DNA of 64,000 nucleotides, from contig OZ024745.1 of NCBI GenBank assembly GCA_964016885.1, forward strand, positions 22,816,001 to 22,880,000, in the 5' to 3' direction. The position numbers and the translations under genes are program-made. The DNA is from Eledone cirrhosa. Its lineage: Eukaryota. Below, in pieces: positions 58,618-64,000 of this stretch. The notes under the pieces were generated by a model. That model was given only the letters and a program-made list of their open reading frames with translations, was not told the DNA's origin and did no database searches. Position 1 is the first letter of the stretch. Each line of letters begins with the position of its first letter.

Positions 58618-59701
58618 TACCTATCGGTTGAACTATAATAGTTGAGAAAGGGCACGGTTTTTTGTGGAGTGGGTGGTGGTGGTGATGTTATTGTTGATGT
58701 TGTTGTTGTGGTGGTGCTTCTGTTGTTGATGTTATTGTTGATGTTGTTGTTGTGGTGGTGTTGCTAATGTTGTGGTTGCTTCTGTTGTTGATGTTATTGT
58801 TGATGTTGTTGTTGTGGTGGTGTTGCTAATGTTGTGGTTGCTTCTGTTGTTGATGTTATTGTTGATGTTGTTGTTGTGGTGTTGCTTCTGTTGTTGATGT
58901 TATTGTTGATGCTGTTGTTGTTGTTGTAATTGTAGTTATAGCTCTCGCAATTAAATAAACGGTCTTCCTCGTAAGATCACAGAGTCATATTTCTAGTTTG
59001 ATTAATAACATTCCTAAACAACGAGACAAAAATTATTTCAAGCCTCACCCCTCACCTTACCCCCACGCCCCACACTACCCCACCCCCACACTACCTCCAC
59101 ACCCATTCTACCCCACGCCTTACCTCTAAACCAACTCCAAGCTTCATTTCTTCATTGAAAACAAAGCAATAAAACAAAACACTAAACAGTATAAGAATCA
59201 AAGTACATATGTCATTACGACTATTTATTAATCAATTAAAAATTACGTATATTTTCTTAATTACTGAAACACAGAAAATGCTACAACAACATTAGCAACA
59301 ACAATAGCAATACCTACAGCAAAATGTACTTAGCTAGCTTATCTTTGGTATGTAACTAAAAAATTAAATAAAAGCATTTCTTATTTTAGTTTTAATTCAG
59401 TTTCTTACTTTGGTGCCCTCTGTGTTTGTGGTGGGAGTTAATAACTTGTATGATTTGAAGGTTTTTTTTTTAATTTCAAATCATTACCACTTTCTTACAG
59501 CTAATAAATGAATTATTTTTTTAATAGGAAAAAAACTCTAGATTTCTACCTTCATACCCTCAAGCAACAAGTTTTTTCGTGGTAATTATGGCGGATTGTT
59601 TGAGTTAATTTGTTTACCGAACGCAATAATTAAGAAAGATCTTCACATCAATTATTCATTAATATTATTAATAATATTAATTTTGATTATTACTATTACT
59701 A

Positions 59702-60255
59702 GGGCGGTGGATTGGCAGTATCGGTAGAGGGTCGGACGCCATGCTTTGCAGCAAAGAGTTACGGCCCTTTATGGTCTGAGTTCAAATCCCGCCGAGGTTA
59801 ACTTTGCCTTTCATCCTTACGGGGTCTATAAAATAAAGTACCAGTAATGTACTGAGTATTTGCTGGCCTTGTGCCAAAAGTAGAAACAATTATTACTATC
59901 GTTACAGCTTGGTGAAATTTTCCTTTCATCTTTCCGGGGTTGGGGAAATAAGATACCAGTCAAGTACTGAGGTTGATTTAATCCTCATTATACTTATTTA
60001 TATCTAAATCAGAAATCATTATTTTTATCGTTATGGGGTGTTGGATTGAGAGAATCGGTAGAGCATCGGGCAACATGCTTTGTGCAATATACTTACGTAC
60101 CGTTACGTTCTAGGTTCAAATCTCGCCGAGGTTAGCTTTGCCTTTCATCTTTACGAGATCGATAAAATAAAGTACCAGTAACATACTGGTGTCGATTTAA
60201 TCGACATTTCCCTCCCCAAAAATGGTTGGACTTGTGACTAAACCAGAAACCGTTA
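59702..60255 (+). mobile_element. SINE family A copies
   Basis: 59702-59893 full length; about 59915-60015 degenerate; about 60035-60255 older variant. Confidence 0.8.
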
Positions 60256-60422
60256 TTATCATTAGAATTCTGATATCATCCCTATGCCGAACATCGAAAG
60301 GTGTGAGAAAATCTGATTAGATGAACCTCCAGTACTGGTACTTTATTTTATTGGCCCTGGAAAAATGAAAGGCAATAATATAAACGTCACAAGATGTATG
60401 TACCATAATAGAGGAAGCCTAA

Positions 60423-60908
60423 TCTAAACTATAATAAAGTAAGGAGTGCGGGACTGCGTCCAGAATATATTTTTTTATCCCGTTTGTAAAATAAGTTCGA
60501 TTACTTTGAATAAATAATGAATGAATATTACTTAATTTATCTACTCAATTTCGTTATTCTTGATTAAATATAAATAATATTGTTGCTTATTTTAAGATTC
60601 ACTTCTTTAAAATTTTCAAATGTCAACACTTCCGGTTAGCGATTGCTTAAATAAACAGTCATATCTTTCCGTCACCAATTTTCTCCTAATGCAGTTTATA
60701 TATAATATCGTCTTTTTTTAATGTATCATGGATTACGTTACTGATTACATAAGACAGTGTAACGCAGTCTTCGTTCAATTTCTGTGCATATTGTCAATTA
60801 CGATTTTATTTGATTATCTTATATACATGCATATTACTTGCGTATAATATCAATATACACACTACACATGCTAGCAGAAAACTACCCGAAGGCTGGTTTT
60901 TCTGCTAG
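60423..60908 (+). mobile_element. Non-autonomous Helitron
   Basis: A|TC start; 3' hairpin CTAGCAGAAAA...TTTTCTGCTAG|T; no TSD. Confidence 0.8.
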
Positions 60909-62024
60909 TAAATGTAATAAGGAAGAATGAAAAATTAAACAAACACAAAACATTCATAGAACCTCCTCACTGGCCCCTGGTAACTCAGAATATCAAAGGC
61001 AAGGCTCTCTCTTATAAAAGGCGTCCCTAATTTACTGACACATGTTCAGAGTATGTCCATTCGGTATATTCTATTTCAAACATATATAGGCTATCAAAGT
61101 CAAGGCTCTCTCTTAGATGGATCCCTAGTTTAGAGACACACATTCAGTGTAGGTCCGTTCAGTAAACTCTATTTCAAACATCCTCTAATAAACACTCTTT
61201 GTAGTGTGTTACTGGAAATGTTTCAAGTCGACTGAAAACATTTAACACATCAATGATGACGTAGATTCCTTTATCAGCTCATTGTTACAGTTATTGCTGT
61301 TGTTGATGTTGATGATAGTCATGGTGGTGGTGGTGGTATTGGTGGTGGTTGTGGTGGTGGTAGTGGTGGTGGTTATGGTGGTGGTGGTGGTGGTGGTGGT
61401 GGTGGTGGTGGTGGTGGTGGTGGTGGTGGTGGTGGTGGTGGTATTGGTGGTGGTGGTGCGGGCGATGGGGGGGGGGGGGGGGGGTAGTGGTGCTGGCGGT
61501 GGTGGTGGCGCTGGTGGTGGTGCTGGTGCTGGTTTTGGTGGTGGTGGTGGTGCGGGTGGCACGAGTGGGGTGTAAGTCTGATGGAACAAACGAGGTAATC
61601 GACTGAATGACAAATGCGAAGAGAAAATTCCCAACTTTTGACATTCTAGTCCAGAACAATTCTTCACTTCACATTCTAACATGGAGTGTTTAATGTCATG
61701 TGGTACAAGGTGGCAGTGAAGCCATATTCTACACTCTTTACTCATCAATTTGTTTCTGTGAGTCTCTAGATTCTGAGAGTTGCAAAGAATCTCCAGTGCA
61801 AAGATACCGCACCCCCTCTCAAGTCAGTGAGGAGGGGGGTGGGGTTAATGTGCTCTGATGTTGGGTTTGAATAGTTTTTAGGATTCCCCAGTTCAGCAGC
61901 CAGTACGTTAAAGAAAATTGATAGTTACAACAATGAAGGTTGAACAGAGAACACATGTTTTAACAAACTTTACAATAATTTGTACAACCATAATGCAAAT
62001 TCCAAGTAACAGGAAATAGATAAA

Positions 62025-62225
62025 TTACATTGTTAGAGACTCAGAGTATACAATATTTTTTGTTCGGCCCTCGGGAGCAAAGATGAAGAGATTGTTTGGC
62101 GAGCTCACCCTAGAGCATCCTATATACAATTGACCATGGGAGAAGCAGGGTTTTCCCAGATGAAGGCCAGCCACTTTTAGGGTTTGACCCTGAGCTTTGT
62201 TGATGGTAATCGCGAAGCTTAGTCT
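62025..62225 (-). pseudogene. Helitron PIF1-like helicase C-terminal fragment
   Basis: LSFAITINKAQGQTLKVAGLHLGKPCFSHGQLYIGCSRV...GRTKNIVYSE matches PIF1 helicase motifs V-VI as in Helitron RepHel; Helitron-like 5' end TCTATATTATAAAG on minus at 62923. Confidence 0.85.
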
Positions 62226-63119
62226 CTCTGTTGCTCTAGTAACATTTTTTCTTCTAGAAAATCTGATCTTGCGGCCAGGCTGGGACTTTTTGGGTGGCAT
62301 ATCGGCAGCAACAATGACGATATGCCGTCTGAGCTTTCGTGAAATAAATACGTTTGTTTATATTTTGTTTTTGTGTATGCAAAAATATCTGTACACGAAT
62401 ATATAATTATATATATAAATTAAAATAACAGATTAAAGTTTAAGCAAAGAATCGCTGCTTTCACCCTCAACGGGATCTTCTGAAACTAAAAAATCAATCT
62501 GTGAACGCAGAAGTAAATATTTCGAAAAACGTTGCAATCGAAGGAAAACAGGAAGACGATACTTTGGTTCGTGAAAACAAACAGATATTATAAGCGTGCG
62601 ACGTTATAGCTATGTATCTAATGCAGACACCCAGACATACAGAGACATATTATAAGGGCGCGACGTTATAGCTATGTATCTATCTAAAAAGACAGACTAA
62701 AGAGAGGGTTTGTCGTATAATCTGAAGTGTTGAGATTTGAAAATTTTAAAGAAGTGAATATTTAAATAAACGATAAAATATCTTTAATCTTTTAACGAAA
62801 TTTAGAAGACAAAAATACCCTCACTTTCTTACTTGGAAAAAGTTACATCTATGGTGCAAATTTGGTGCTGTTTGGTCCAGCCGTTTGGCGAAAAGTTTGT
62901 TACATACAGCTTTATAATATAGATAGGTTTTATGTTATGCATCCTAATACTTACGGCTATTTAGGGGGTGTTCAGTGGCGTATTGCTGTGGGTGCATGGA
63001 AGTGCAGCTACGTCCCACCCACCTCCTCCCTAAAAAAATTGTTAGAAAATTTGGTTTTGTCGGAAAATTCTTAAATTTTCAAAAAATATTCTATACTTTC
63101 CTCGTTACACAAAACATAA

Positions 63120-63336
63120 TGGGTTCTGATTTAGGTATAAGGCCAACAATCTTGATGGAGGGGAAATTCGATTAAATTGACCCCAGCGCATTACTGGTAC
63201 TTTATTTTATCGACCCTGTAATGATGAAAGGCAAAGCTAAAACCGGTGGAATTTGAACTCAAAGCATAAAGGGCCATAACTCTATGCCACAAAGCATATT
63301 GTCCGATGCTCTTCCGATTCTACCAATTCACCGCCC
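63120..63336 (-). mobile_element. SINE family A, older variant
   Basis: Reverse-complement body ending CCAATTCACCGCCC. Confidence 0.8.
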
Positions 63337-64000
63337 TTTTACACAAAACATGATAAAATATGTACAATACAATAATGAATAAATATATAATAATTGGTGT
63401 GCATAAGAAATGTTGTCGGAATAATATGAAGCTCTGTATCCTCAAGAATGTCAGGAGCAATACGGTTATGAGGTGTATGTAAGGTTTCTTTTGTCCGTCT
63501 GGGCTGGGTAGAAGAGATAATGTTATTAAGATGCTTTTGTAATGGTGTACTTGGATGTTATGGATATATTCATTGGTTTTTCAGTGATATTTCACAGAAC
63601 AATGAACCACGAGCAGATGTTGAGGTGAACAAGATAATATCCATGACTATCAAAGATGGTGACTAGAGAGATGTTTTTCTTCAACTTACAGAATAATTTA
63701 CAGCTAACGACGCAAAAAGTCTGTGACGTCTCCATCGAGAGAAACTAGTGTATTTAAACACTATTGATATGTCAAATAGTATTTTTCTTTCCACCCAGAC
63801 ATAGAACTATATCTTTAGATGATTTCAATCGTTATCGATCTCCCTAGTTTTAGAGACAAATATAAATAAATGGAAGAATCAATTTCCCTTCGTCTGTCTA
63901 ACACCGTGATATAAGCCATTAGTAAACTATTCAAACTATTTAAACATTTAAATCTAATAATGTCAGACATCCGGCCTTCTCGATGACAAGAATTTTATGA

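Noticed and set aside
63721-63752. CTGTGACG-TCTC-CATC-GAGA-GAAA-CTAGTG-TA hammerhead-like motif
   Set aside because: Core altered and no stem I pairing.

Overview
Repeat-saturated eukaryotic DNA, probably from an octopod cephalopod (inferred from the tRNA-derived SINE families and extreme TA/CA/CT/TATG microsatellite load). I can support no intact host protein-coding gene; almost all listed ORFs are translations of simple repeats. Recognisable content includes two tRNA-SINE families, mariner- and pogo-type MITEs, non-autonomous Helitrons with a Helitron helicase fragment, bipartite RTE derivatives, L1/Tx1 and R4-like 3' ends, a decayed Penelope-like (Naiad-type) RT+GIY-YIG element, minisatellites and an interstitial (TAACCC)n tract. 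The main hidden signal is RNA-structural: at least nine type I hammerhead ribozyme motifs (folded by hand, some degenerate). Three of these share a long conserved stem II insertion, and two sit in the arms of a fold-back element around octamer repeats. A seven-copy palindromic element looks like a fold-back half-hammerhead and shows copy-specific arm covariation. All folds are manual and untested.
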